Shown piece after piece: positions 33,617 through 41,440 of a stretch of DNA of 50,653 nt. The stretch is taken from the IMG/VR virus record IMGVR_UViG_3300032322_001385, positions 1 to 50,653 of that record; one strand, 5' to 3'. The stretch's first letter is position 1. Every line of letters begins with the position of its first letter. Below the pieces are notes generated by a model. It was given only the letters and a program-made list of their open reading frames with translations. It was not told the origin of the DNA and made no database searches. The DNA is from a virus (Duplodnaviria > Caudoviricetes). The translations under genes were made by a program, and so were the position numbers.

Positions 33617-35886
33617 TGGATCTGCTGCAGGAGCTCGGCCGCCTCCCAGATCACTGGGCCTTCGTCGCCATCGGCCCTAACAAGCGCCCCTACATCAAGG
33701 ATTGGGACTGGGCAGAGCAGCCCATGACCAAGGCGCAGATGGCTGCAGAGATCACCGCTGGCCGCGCACAGGCCATCGGCGTCGTGGCAGGCCCCGCATC
33801 AGGCGTCCTCTTCGTCGATCACGACGGGATCTCCGCCACCACCCAGCTGGAGCGCCTCGGCATTCCCCTGCGCTCCCTCCCCAAGTCCTGGGCCATGACC
33901 TCAGGCCGCGACGGCCGCTTCCAAATCATCTATTCCGTCCCTGAGCAGTTCTGGCCCGCGCTTCGCAACCGCCGCTACTGGCACACAGGCGACCCCGACC
34001 CGACCACCGGCAAGCCCACCAAGGTGCTCGGCCCCGATGGCAAAGCCGAGCAGATCGACCTTCGTTGGGCGCGTCACTATTCCGTCGTCGCCGGCCGCCA
34101 CCCCGAAACCTCCGGCTACCGCTGGCTCAAGGACCGCGGCCCCGGTGAGCAAGACCTGGCCACCGCACCCACAGAGCTGATCGAGCTGCTCCTCAACGAG
34201 CCCGAGCCCGATCCAACTCCTCTCCTCACACCCGCGCCATTGGTCGCCACACCAATGCCACCACCACCTGGCCCCGGGAAGCTCCCCTTGCTCGACTTCG
34301 TCTGCAAGGCCTCCCGTGAACTGATCGATTCCGGTGGCACCCCCGGCTCATGGAACGACGATCAGCTCAAGCTCTCACTCGACCTTCGCGGCACCGAGGA
34401 ATGGATCCGCTCACAGGGCCACCAGTCCGACATCACCGCATCGCAGGCCTTCGCTCTCCACATCCAGGCCGCAGCGGCCAAAGCCAAAGACTTCGATGAG
34501 CGCAAAGCCTGGCGGCGCTTCGATGGCGCTGATGACCGCACACCCAGGCCGTCGACGCCCGTCGAAAAGCTCGAGGAGCGGCTGCGCTACCACAACCGCC
34601 ACTCGCTCCCGATCCTTCCACCGCCGCCGCGCGAGCGCTCAGCCAACCATCTGGAATCGCCAGGGAGTTCCCGCACCACAGCAGCATCACCACAGCAGCT
34701 GGACAACCAGCAGCACCAGCAGTCCTACGCACCAACCCTCGGCAAGCCCATCAAGCTCGAGTCGGCTGAGGTGCTCGCCATGCTCCGCGCACAGGCCGCT
34801 GGCGGACGCCTTCGCTACAACACCTTCTCCCAGCTCATTGAGCTTGATGGATCAGTGCTAGACGGCGTTGAGCGCTTCTACCTCACCCTCGCTGATCAGG
34901 GCTTCAAGGTCGGCAAGGAGAACGCACTTGACTGCCTCGTGCACGTCGCCAACGAAAATCCCTACGACCCCGTGCGCCTCTACCTCGAACACGTCGAGGC
35001 CACCGTTCAGCCCGCCTACATCGGCGGCCTTGCATCTGCCTACCTCCGGCCCGAAGACACCGCCCTGGGCCAACCCACCCTCTACGACCACATGCTTCGC
35101 TGCACGCTCATCGCAGCCGTTCGCCGCGCCTTCATGCCCGGCTGCAAGCACGATGAAGCCTGCGTCCTCACCGGCGGCCAGGGCCTTCGCAAGTCATCCT
35201 TCTGGAAAGCCCTCGGCGGGCCATTCTTCTCCGATTCCCTCGGCGACCTCTCCTCGAAGGACGACCTGATGGTGCTCCACCGTTCATGGGTAATGGAGTG
35301 GGCCGAGCTCGATCAGGTCACCTCAAAGAAGCACGCCGGCCACATCAAAGCCTTCCTCAGCCGCTCTACCGACACCTTCCGCGTGCCCTACGGCAAAGCT
35401 ACCGAAGAGCACCCACGCCGCGGCATCATCGTTGGCTCCGCAAACCGCCAGCACGGCCTCCTCGTCGACGACGAAAACCGCCGCTTTTGGATCATCCCCG
35501 TCACCAAGACCAAAGCTGATCCGATCGACACCGGCGCACTCATGCACGAGCGCGACGCGATCTGGGCCGGCGCTATGGCCGCCTTCCGCGCCAATGAGCC
35601 CGATCACCTCCCCAGCGATCTTCTCGACCTGGTGGACCAGGAGAACGAGGCCTACGTCATCACCAACCCATGGGAGCCCGCCATCACACAATGGCTCAAC
35701 CAGCGCATTCCGGGCGAGCAGATCACCACCGAGCGCATTCTCGTCGAGGCCGTGGAGAAGCCCGTCGAACGCCAGACGCGCATTGACCAGATGGCCGTGG
35801 CCGACATCCTCCGCTCCTTGGGCTACGAGCGCCGAAGGGTCATGAGCAACGGGCAACGCGCCTGGCGGTGGTTCCACACCGGCTGA
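33616..35886 (+). CDS. Bifunctional primase-polymerase fused to a VapE/VirE P-loop helicase domain
   Basis: NKRPY, GVLFVDHDG, SVVAGRHPETSGYRW; LTGGQGLRKSSF, WVMEWAEL, DTFRVPYG, ENRRFW. Confidence 0.92.
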   Translation: MDLLQELGRLPDHWAFVAIGPNKRPYIKDWDWAEQPMTKAQMAAEITAGRAQAIGVVAGPASGVLFVDHDGISATTQLERLGIPLRSLPKSWAMTSGRDGRFQIIYSVPEQFWPALRNRRYWHTGDPDPTTGKPTKVLGPDGKAEQIDLRWARHYSVVAGRHPETSGYRWLKDRGPGEQDLATAPTELIELLLNEPEPDPTPLLTPAPLVATPMPPPPGPGKLPLLDFVCKASRELIDSGGTPGSWNDDQLKLSLDLRGTEEWIRSQGHQSDITASQAFALHIQAAAAKAKDFDERKAWRRFDGADDRTPRPSTPVEKLEERLRYHNRHSLPILPPPPRERSANHLESPGSSRTTAASPQQLDNQQHQQSYAPTLGKPIKLESAEVLAMLRAQAAGGRLRYNTFSQLIELDGSVLDGVERFYLTLADQGFKVGKENALDCLVHVANENPYDPVRLYLEHVEATVQPAYIGGLASAYLRPEDTALGQPTLYDHMLRCTLIAAVRRAFMPGCKHDEACVLTGGQGLRKSSFWKALGGPFFSDSLGDLSSKDDLMVLHRSWVMEWAELDQVTSKKHAGHIKAFLSRSTDTFRVPYGKATEEHPRRGIIVGSANRQHGLLVDDENRRFWIIPVTKTKADPIDTGALMHERDAIWAGAMAAFRANEPDHLPSDLLDLVDQENEAYVITNPWEPAITQWLNQRIPGEQITTERILVEAVEKPVERQTRIDQMAVADILRSLGYERRRVMSNGQRAWRWFHTG

Positions 35887-35887
35887 T

Positions 35888-36205
35888 TGCCTCACCCCCC
35901 TACTTGATGCCCCCATCTCCTGGAGAGGTGAGGCACCCCGAAACCCCAGGCCACACCTGGGGTTTTCTACTTGCTGCCACCTTTGCCAGGTGTCCTACCT
36001 ATGTCGCAAAACTCTCTCGCGCCCTTACCCGCACCCCCTGCTATGGCCTCTCCTCCCCTTCTCTTTCTTTATTACTTCTTTAGAGGGTAGGTAGGGTAAT
36101 AGATAGAAAGGCCAGTCGTGGGCAGGGTTTTCGGCCTGCCTCACCCCCTCAGACGTGGGGCAATACTTGGGGGCAGGTGGGGCAGCGCTCTCCAGACCTA
36201 CCCTG
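35888..36205. promoter_or_regulatory. Putative replication origin with iteron-like TGCCYCACC repeats and a pyrimidine/AT-rich tract
   Basis: TGCCTCACC at 35888 and 36137; reverse copies at 35927 and 36176; T-rich tract 36058-36082; directly after the primase. Confidence 0.5.
35941..35968 (+). terminator. Hairpin terminator after the replication operon
   Basis: aaaccccagg-ccaca-cctggggttt then tct. Confidence 0.7.
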
Positions 36206-36225
36206 GACCCCAGGAGGGCTCACCC

Positions 36226-36837
36226 ATGGCATCCATCGACATCAGCGCCAAAATCATTGGGGACAAGGAGCTCTCTGCTGCCCTCGCCCGCCTCTCCAGC
36301 CACGACATCCCCAAGGCCATCACTGCCGGTGTGCGCCTTGCTTCCCGCGGCGCCAAGACCGCCCTGGGCAAGAACATCAGCGCCATCACCCCGATCCCTT
36401 CCGCCCGCATCAAGCAAGACGTCTTCGTCTCCATCGCTGGCGATGGGCAAAGCGCCAAGGTCTACACCGCAAGCGATCCCATCTCGGCCCTGCGCTTCAA
36501 GCCCAAGCAGACACGCACAGGCCTTCAGCTCACCCTCTACAAGGGCGAGCGCACCGTCATCCGCTCAGGGTTCATGCAGACCAACCGTGCTCAGTCCGGT
36601 CGCGGCAAGCTGCCCTTCAAGCCCACCTCTGAGCGCCCTTACTCCTACGACGGCCGACGCAAGAACAAGCGCAAAGGCATGCAGTTCGTCTTCGGTCTCT
36701 CCATCGCATCCATCTACCTCGGTGGACGTCACAGCTCACGCCTGCAGAAGCTCACCGAAGCACGCGTCGAAGAGCAGCTCGTCAAGGGCATTCTCCAGCG
36801 CCTGGGGGCCATGGGGAGGGGCTTTGGCAACGCCTGA
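36226..36837 (+). CDS. Minor tail protein Z-like (neck/tail completion) protein, 203 aa
   Basis: GGAGG RBS; IPKAITAGVRLASRGAKT...PISALRFKPKQTRTGL...SGFM; basic. Confidence 0.6.
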   Translation: MASIDISAKIIGDKELSAALARLSSHDIPKAITAGVRLASRGAKTALGKNISAITPIPSARIKQDVFVSIAGDGQSAKVYTASDPISALRFKPKQTRTGLQLTLYKGERTVIRSGFMQTNRAQSGRGKLPFKPTSERPYSYDGRRKNKRKGMQFVFGLSIASIYLGGRHSSRLQKLTEARVEEQLVKGILQRLGAMGRGFGNA

Positions 36838-36876
36838 CCGGCACTGCACCGGGGCCCAACCCCCCCCCACAGCTTT

Positions 36877-36929
36877 GGGTCCTCCTGGCGCTACCTACCT
36901 GCGCGCCACCGCGCCCCGATTTTTCGCTA
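36877..36929 (+). other. Putative cos site (cosQ-like GGGTCCT ... TTTTCGCTA)
   Basis: GGGTCCT at 36877-36883 and TTTTCGCTA at 36921-36929 match the words flanking lambda cosN as I recall them; genome has a gpA-type terminase. Confidence 0.7.
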
Positions 36930-37140
36930 GAGCCAGCCTGAAAAGCGGGTTCCCAAAGCCTTACGGGGACAGGGTTTCTCAATAGCCCGGCGTTATTGCG
37001 ACAAGTCAGCGCGAGTGCGACGAGTCTCACGAAACGTTTTTTGATCGCAAAGGAGCCGCCGGTAGTTGCGCAACCGGTTGCGCACCCAGCGCTACCGTGG
37101 CCCAATCAGGGCCTGTCCCTCGTGAGACTGCAGACGCCGC

Positions 37141-37860
37141 ATGACTTCTTCCAAGATCCCGGCGATGGCCAAGCGCATCGAGCTCTGGCCCGTCGAGAAG
37201 CTGGTGCCGTACGAGCGCAACGCACGCACGCACTCTGAAGCGCAAATTGCGCAGCTGGCAGCGAGCATCGTCGAGTTCGGCTTCCTCAATCCGATCCTGG
37301 TGGACACCTCGGCCGGGATCCTGGCGGGCCATGGCCGGCTGGCCGCGGCGCAGCAGCTGGGCCTGGCGAAGGTGCCGGTGGTGGTGCTCGACCACCTGGA
37401 TGAGCGGCAGCGCCGCGCCTACGTGCTGGCGGACAACAAGCTGGCGGAGAACGCGGGGTGGGACCTGGAGCTGCTGCGCCAGGAGATCAACGCGATGGAG
37501 ATCGACCCGGCGGTGCTGGGCTTCGGCGAGGACGACCTGAAGCGACTGCACGACGGGCTGGAGCTCGAGGCGTTCGAGGGCATGGCGGAGGCCGGCACGG
37601 AGCGGGCGGAGCCTGAGCACCAGCAGGGCCTGGGGCTGCCGGATGGCGACGACGAGGATGAGGCTGCAGACGCGACAGCGGAAAGCGGCGAGGTGGAGGA
37701 GCGGCACATCTTCAGCGTGAACCTGCTGTGGGATCACCGCGAGGTGGTGCTGGCTGCGGTGCGCGCGGCGAAGGAGCGTCATGGGCTGGAAGGAACGCCC
37801 GAGGCGCTGGTGCAGATCTGCAGGGAGTGGCTGGATGAGCAAGACGCTGGAACTGATTGA
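37141..37860 (+). CDS. ParB/Srx-like N-terminal domain protein with acidic linker
   Basis: LVPYERNARTHSEAQIAQLAASIVEFGFLNPILVD...ILAGHGRLAAA...YVLADNKLAENAGWD. Confidence 0.92.
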   Translation: MTSSKIPAMAKRIELWPVEKLVPYERNARTHSEAQIAQLAASIVEFGFLNPILVDTSAGILAGHGRLAAAQQLGLAKVPVVVLDHLDERQRRAYVLADNKLAENAGWDLELLRQEINAMEIDPAVLGFGEDDLKRLHDGLELEAFEGMAEAGTERAEPEHQQGLGLPDGDDEDEAADATAESGEVEERHIFSVNLLWDHREVVLAAVRAAKERHGLEGTPEALVQICREWLDEQDAGTD

Positions 37861-38539
37861 GCTGGCCCATGGGCTGCTGCGCGACCTGCCGGATTGCCGG
37901 TTGTGGGGCGTGGATGACGGGGCCCTGGTGCTGGGTGAGGACGCGACGCAGTTTGTGTTCTGCTGGCACGGTGCGCTGACGATTCGTCAGCAGGGGTGCT
38001 GGCCGCATGTGCTGACGGCGGGGATGTATGCGGCGGCCCCGGGCAGGTGCGAGGTGCGGCCGGTGGGCACGGATCTGAGCCGGGGCATCGTGATCAGCCG
38101 ACATGGGTGGCTGGGGATGATGTCGATCGGCGGCCCGCTCGAGGAGCGCGGTCGGCTGCGGTACATCGACGGCTGCACCGACAGCCTGCTGGTACCGCCG
38201 GTGCGACTGGGCGATCCCTGTCTCAATGGGCTGTGGTTCCCGATGGGCACCGAGCAGACGATGCACACGCATCCGAGCGTGCGTGTTGGGATGGTGGTGC
38301 ACGGGCGTGGATGGTGCGAGACGCCAGAGGGCGAGTTCGAGCTGCGGCCTGGGATGGTGTTCGTGATCCACCCGCACGGCGAGCACCGGTTCAGGACGGG
38401 GCGTGATGCAGGGCTGACGGTAGTGGCGTGGCACCCGGACAGCGACACGGGCCCAACGGACGTGGATCACCCGATGGTGAGGAAGACGATGGTTGCGGGC
38501 GTGTCGGCGGCGACGATCCCGGAGCTGCAGACGCGATGA
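37835..38539 (+). CDS. Cupin-domain protein (234 aa)
   Basis: QTMHTHPSVRVGMVVHGRG...LRPGMVFVIHPHGEHRFRT metal-binding cupin motifs. Confidence 0.85.
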   Translation: MSKTLELIELAHGLLRDLPDCRLWGVDDGALVLGEDATQFVFCWHGALTIRQQGCWPHVLTAGMYAAAPGRCEVRPVGTDLSRGIVISRHGWLGMMSIGGPLEERGRLRYIDGCTDSLLVPPVRLGDPCLNGLWFPMGTEQTMHTHPSVRVGMVVHGRGWCETPEGEFELRPGMVFVIHPHGEHRFRTGRDAGLTVVAWHPDSDTGPTDVDHPMVRKTMVAGVSAATIPELQTR

Positions 38540-39708
38540 CGCTGCGTCCGACGACCACCGATCAGGACGTGATGAGTGCAGCGCTGGATCGGATCCGGCG
38601 GATCTACGACCTGTTCGACCGCGTGGTGGTGAGCTTCAGCGGGGGGAAGGACTCGACGACGGTGCTAAACCTGACGGCGATGGTGGCGCGCGAGCGCGGC
38701 CGGCTGCCGCTCGATGTCTACTTCGTCGATGAGGAGGCCTGCTACCCGGAGACGATCGAGTATGTGGAGCGGGTGCGCGCGCGTGATGAGCTGAGGTTTC
38801 TGTGGTGCTGCTTGCCGATCAAGCATCGGAACGCCTGCGCGCGGTCGCAGCCGTGGTGGAACTGCTGGGATCCGGCGGCGCGTGACCGGTGGATCCGACC
38901 GCTGCCGGCCGGCGCGGTGACGGTGAAGGATGCGCCGCGGTTCCGGATGGGGATGCAGCTCGACGATGTGGGCCCGGTGCTGTTCGGGCCGGAGTGCGGG
39001 ACGGTGGCCGACCTGACAGGGATCCGTGCGCAGGAGTCGGTGCGGCGGCTGCAGACGGTGACCAAGAAGGTGCGGGACAACTACATCGCTGGCGCGCGCG
39101 AGGGCTACTACTTCAACTGCAAGCCGATCTACGACTGGAAGGCTGAGGACGTGTGGGTGGCGGCGAGCCGCGAGGGGTGGGACTACAACCGCGCCTACGA
39201 CGTGCAGGCAATGATGGGCACGAGCGTGAGCCTGCAGCGGGTGACGCCGCCGTTCGGCGAGGAGCCGCTGGGCGGGCTGTGGAAGTATCCGCAGGGATGG
39301 CCGGAGCTGTGGGAGCGAATGCTGCGGCGTGTGGAGGGTGTGAGCACGGCGGGCCGCTATGCGCGCACGGATCTCTACGGGGCGGCGATGAATGAGCCGC
39401 CGCCAGGAATGACCTGGCAGCAGTGGACGCGGAGCCTGCTGGATCTGTATCCGGCGAAGGAGCGTGCGGAGATCGCGAAGAGCATGGCGGGTGTGATCCG
39501 GATGCACCAGAAGAAAACGCACCGGCCGATCCACGAGACGAAGGACGACGTGATGTCGGGGCTGAGCTGGAAGTACATCTGCCAGATGGTGAGCCGTGGT
39601 GATCTGAAGGGCCGGAAGAAGGGCCAGCTGACGCAGCGCGCGATCACGGCGGCGAAGAAGGCGGGGCTGACGTTCGACGAGGTGAAGGCGCTGGAGGCGA
39701 AGCGATGA
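38536..39708 (+). CDS. PAPS-reductase-like PP-loop protein (IbrA/YbdN, DUF3440 type), 390 aa
   Basis: VVVSFSGGKDS PP-loop, YFVDEEA, WCCLP..HRNAC, GIRAQESVRR, PIYDWKAEDVW, YNRAYD. Confidence 0.92.
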   Translation: MTLRPTTTDQDVMSAALDRIRRIYDLFDRVVVSFSGGKDSTTVLNLTAMVARERGRLPLDVYFVDEEACYPETIEYVERVRARDELRFLWCCLPIKHRNACARSQPWWNCWDPAARDRWIRPLPAGAVTVKDAPRFRMGMQLDDVGPVLFGPECGTVADLTGIRAQESVRRLQTVTKKVRDNYIAGAREGYYFNCKPIYDWKAEDVWVAASREGWDYNRAYDVQAMMGTSVSLQRVTPPFGEEPLGGLWKYPQGWPELWERMLRRVEGVSTAGRYARTDLYGAAMNEPPPGMTWQQWTRSLLDLYPAKERAEIAKSMAGVIRMHQKKTHRPIHETKDDVMSGLSWKYICQMVSRGDLKGRKKGQLTQRAITAAKKAGLTFDEVKALEAKR

Positions 39709-40229
39709 GCGTGGCGGAGCAGCCGGTGTCGAGAGTGCGATGGCTGCCGCGCGAGCAGCTGCGGGGCAATTCCTACAACCCGAACCATGTCGCGGCTCCG
39801 GAGCTGGAGCTGCTGGTGGTGAGCATCCTGGAGGATGGCTGGACCTCGGCGATCGTGACGCTGCCCGAGGACAAGGACGGCAGCTTCCAGATCGTGGATG
39901 GGTTTCACCGGTGGACGGTGAGCGCGGATCCGCGATTGCTGGCGCTGACCGGCGGCCAGGTGCCGACGGTGCAGGTGCGGTTGGATCCGGTGCACCGGAT
40001 GATGAGCACGATCCGGCACAACCGTGCGCGTGGCACTCATGCGGTGCTGAAGATGGCGGGCATCGTGCGGAGCATCGCCGATGATGGCGTGCCGCAGCGA
40101 CAGATCCAGAAGCGCCTCGGGATGGAGTCGGAAGAGGTGGTGCGGCTGGTGAATCGGGCAGGGATGCCTACCCAAGTGCGCAAGGTGGCGCCAGGATTGA
40201 ACAAGGCCTGGGTGCCCGGAAAAGGATGA
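39705..40229 (+). CDS. ParB-like nuclease-domain protein (IbrB/YbdM type)
   Basis: NSYNPNHVAAPELELLVVSILEDGWT...IVDGFHRW...STIRHNRARGTH...LGMESEEVVRL. Confidence 0.92.
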   Translation: MSVAEQPVSRVRWLPREQLRGNSYNPNHVAAPELELLVVSILEDGWTSAIVTLPEDKDGSFQIVDGFHRWTVSADPRLLALTGGQVPTVQVRLDPVHRMMSTIRHNRARGTHAVLKMAGIVRSIADDGVPQRQIQKRLGMESEEVVRLVNRAGMPTQVRKVAPGLNKAWVPGKG

Positions 40230-40597
40230 TCCTGCAACTCACCTGGGCCGGCTTCGATGCAGCGGTTGACCTGCTGGCGGCGCAGTGCCCACGCGATCGC
40301 GTTGGCGTGCATGGCGTCGATCGCGGCGGCCAGCTGCTGGCGTGGGCGCTGAGCGAACGGCTGGGTGTGGAGCTGATGCGCCGGCCCGGGGCCGGGATGC
40401 TGCAGCTGCATGGCGTGATGGTGTCGCAGCCGCGGTTGCTGTGGGGCGATGCGCTGGTGCTGGCATGGATCGATGCGACGCCCGGGCAGAACCTGATGGC
40501 GGTGTGCAAGGCGACGCCGGGCACCACGGTGCTGATGCCCTGGCAGAATGCGAGAGGGTGCCGCCCACGTCCGTTTGTCCCCGGGTTCGATGATTGA
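40226..40597 (+). CDS. Degenerate purine phosphoribosyltransferase-like protein
   Basis: LTWAGFDAAVDLLA...GVDRGGQLLAWALSERLG and terminal VLMPWQ resemble Gpt; the DD-containing PRPP loop is missing. Confidence 0.6.
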   Translation: MILQLTWAGFDAAVDLLAAQCPRDRVGVHGVDRGGQLLAWALSERLGVELMRRPGAGMLQLHGVMVSQPRLLWGDALVLAWIDATPGQNLMAVCKATPGTTVLMPWQNARGCRPRPFVPGFDD

Positions 40598-40874
40598 GGT
40601 CGCCAGCATCCGATATGGCTGTGAGTGGGACGAGCGGGGGCACGTGAGAGCGTGGCCGATGCGAATCGAGTTCGGCCCCACTGGCGCTGAGGTGACGGTT
40701 GATCAGATGCTGGAGGGCCGCGGCCACACGGTGATGCTGACCGACCAGTTGGTTGAGCTGGTGAACGGGATGACGCCGCAGGAGACGCCGATCCAACTGG
40801 TGTGCCCTGCGCCGCCAGGTCTGGCGCGCAAGCTGATTGAGCGCGGTTTCTACGTCGAGTTGCTCCATCACTGA
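40590..40874 (+). CDS. Hypothetical protein (94 aa), possibly a QueE/radical-SAM remnant
   Basis: IRYGCEWD, EVTVDQMLE, LIERGFYVEL weakly recall QueE; no CxxxCxxC. Confidence 0.5.
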   Translation: MIEVASIRYGCEWDERGHVRAWPMRIEFGPTGAEVTVDQMLEGRGHTVMLTDQLVELVNGMTPQETPIQLVCPAPPGLARKLIERGFYVELLHH

Positions 40875-41440
40875 TGCTGATCAAGCTGGCCGACTACGCC
40901 GAGCGCCATGGGGTGAGTCCGCAGGCGGTGCGAAAGGCGATCAACACGGGCCGTCTGCAGCGGAGTGTGCAACGCGAGGGGAAGCTCTACTGGATCGACC
41001 CGGAGGTGGCGGACATCGAGTGGGGGCGCAACACAGCGCCGGAGCAGCAGCGCAGCAAGGATGCGATCAAAGCGGGAAAGAGCGCAGCGCGCGGCGAGGG
41101 TGAGCCGCTGCCGCCAATGGGCCCGCCGGTTGGAAAGGGCGGCGCCACCTATGCGAGCGCCAAGGCAGCGGCCGAAGGCTACAAGGCGATGCTGCTCAAG
41201 CTCGATTACGAGGAGCGGGCTGGGAAGCTGGTCGACAAGTCAACGGCTGAGCGTGGGTTCGCTGCTGCTGGGATGCAGGTGCGCGATGCTGTGATGCGCA
41301 CGAGTCAGCAGATGGTGGGTGATATTGCATCAGCGGTGGGCGGGCTGAGCCAAGAGCAGCGAGCAGCGGTGATGCAGGTGATCGACCGGCATCATGTAAG
41401 GGCCCTCGAGGAGTTGGTGCGTGCAGCTGGCGTCAGCTGA
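40874..41440 (+). CDS. terS: Terminase small subunit
   Basis: N-terminal HTH (LADYAERHGVSPQAVRKAI), LKLDYEERAGKLVD coiled coil, upstream of TerL. Confidence 0.85.
   Translation: MLIKLADYAERHGVSPQAVRKAINTGRLQRSVQREGKLYWIDPEVADIEWGRNTAPEQQRSKDAIKAGKSAARGEGEPLPPMGPPVGKGGATYASAKAAAEGYKAMLLKLDYEERAGKLVDKSTAERGFAAAGMQVRDAVMRTSQQMVGDIASAVGGLSQEQRAAVMQVIDRHHVRALEELVRAAGVS

Noticed and set aside
38536-39708. cysH auxiliary metabolic gene for sulfate assimilation
   Set aside because: Length, DUF3440-type motifs, lack of the C-terminal ECGLH motif and pairing with an IbrB-like ParB argue against a true CysH.
37141-40229. ParABS plasmid partition system or linear plasmid prophage
   Set aside because: No ParA ATPase or protelomerase was found, and the ParB domains are of the nuclease/Srx type.
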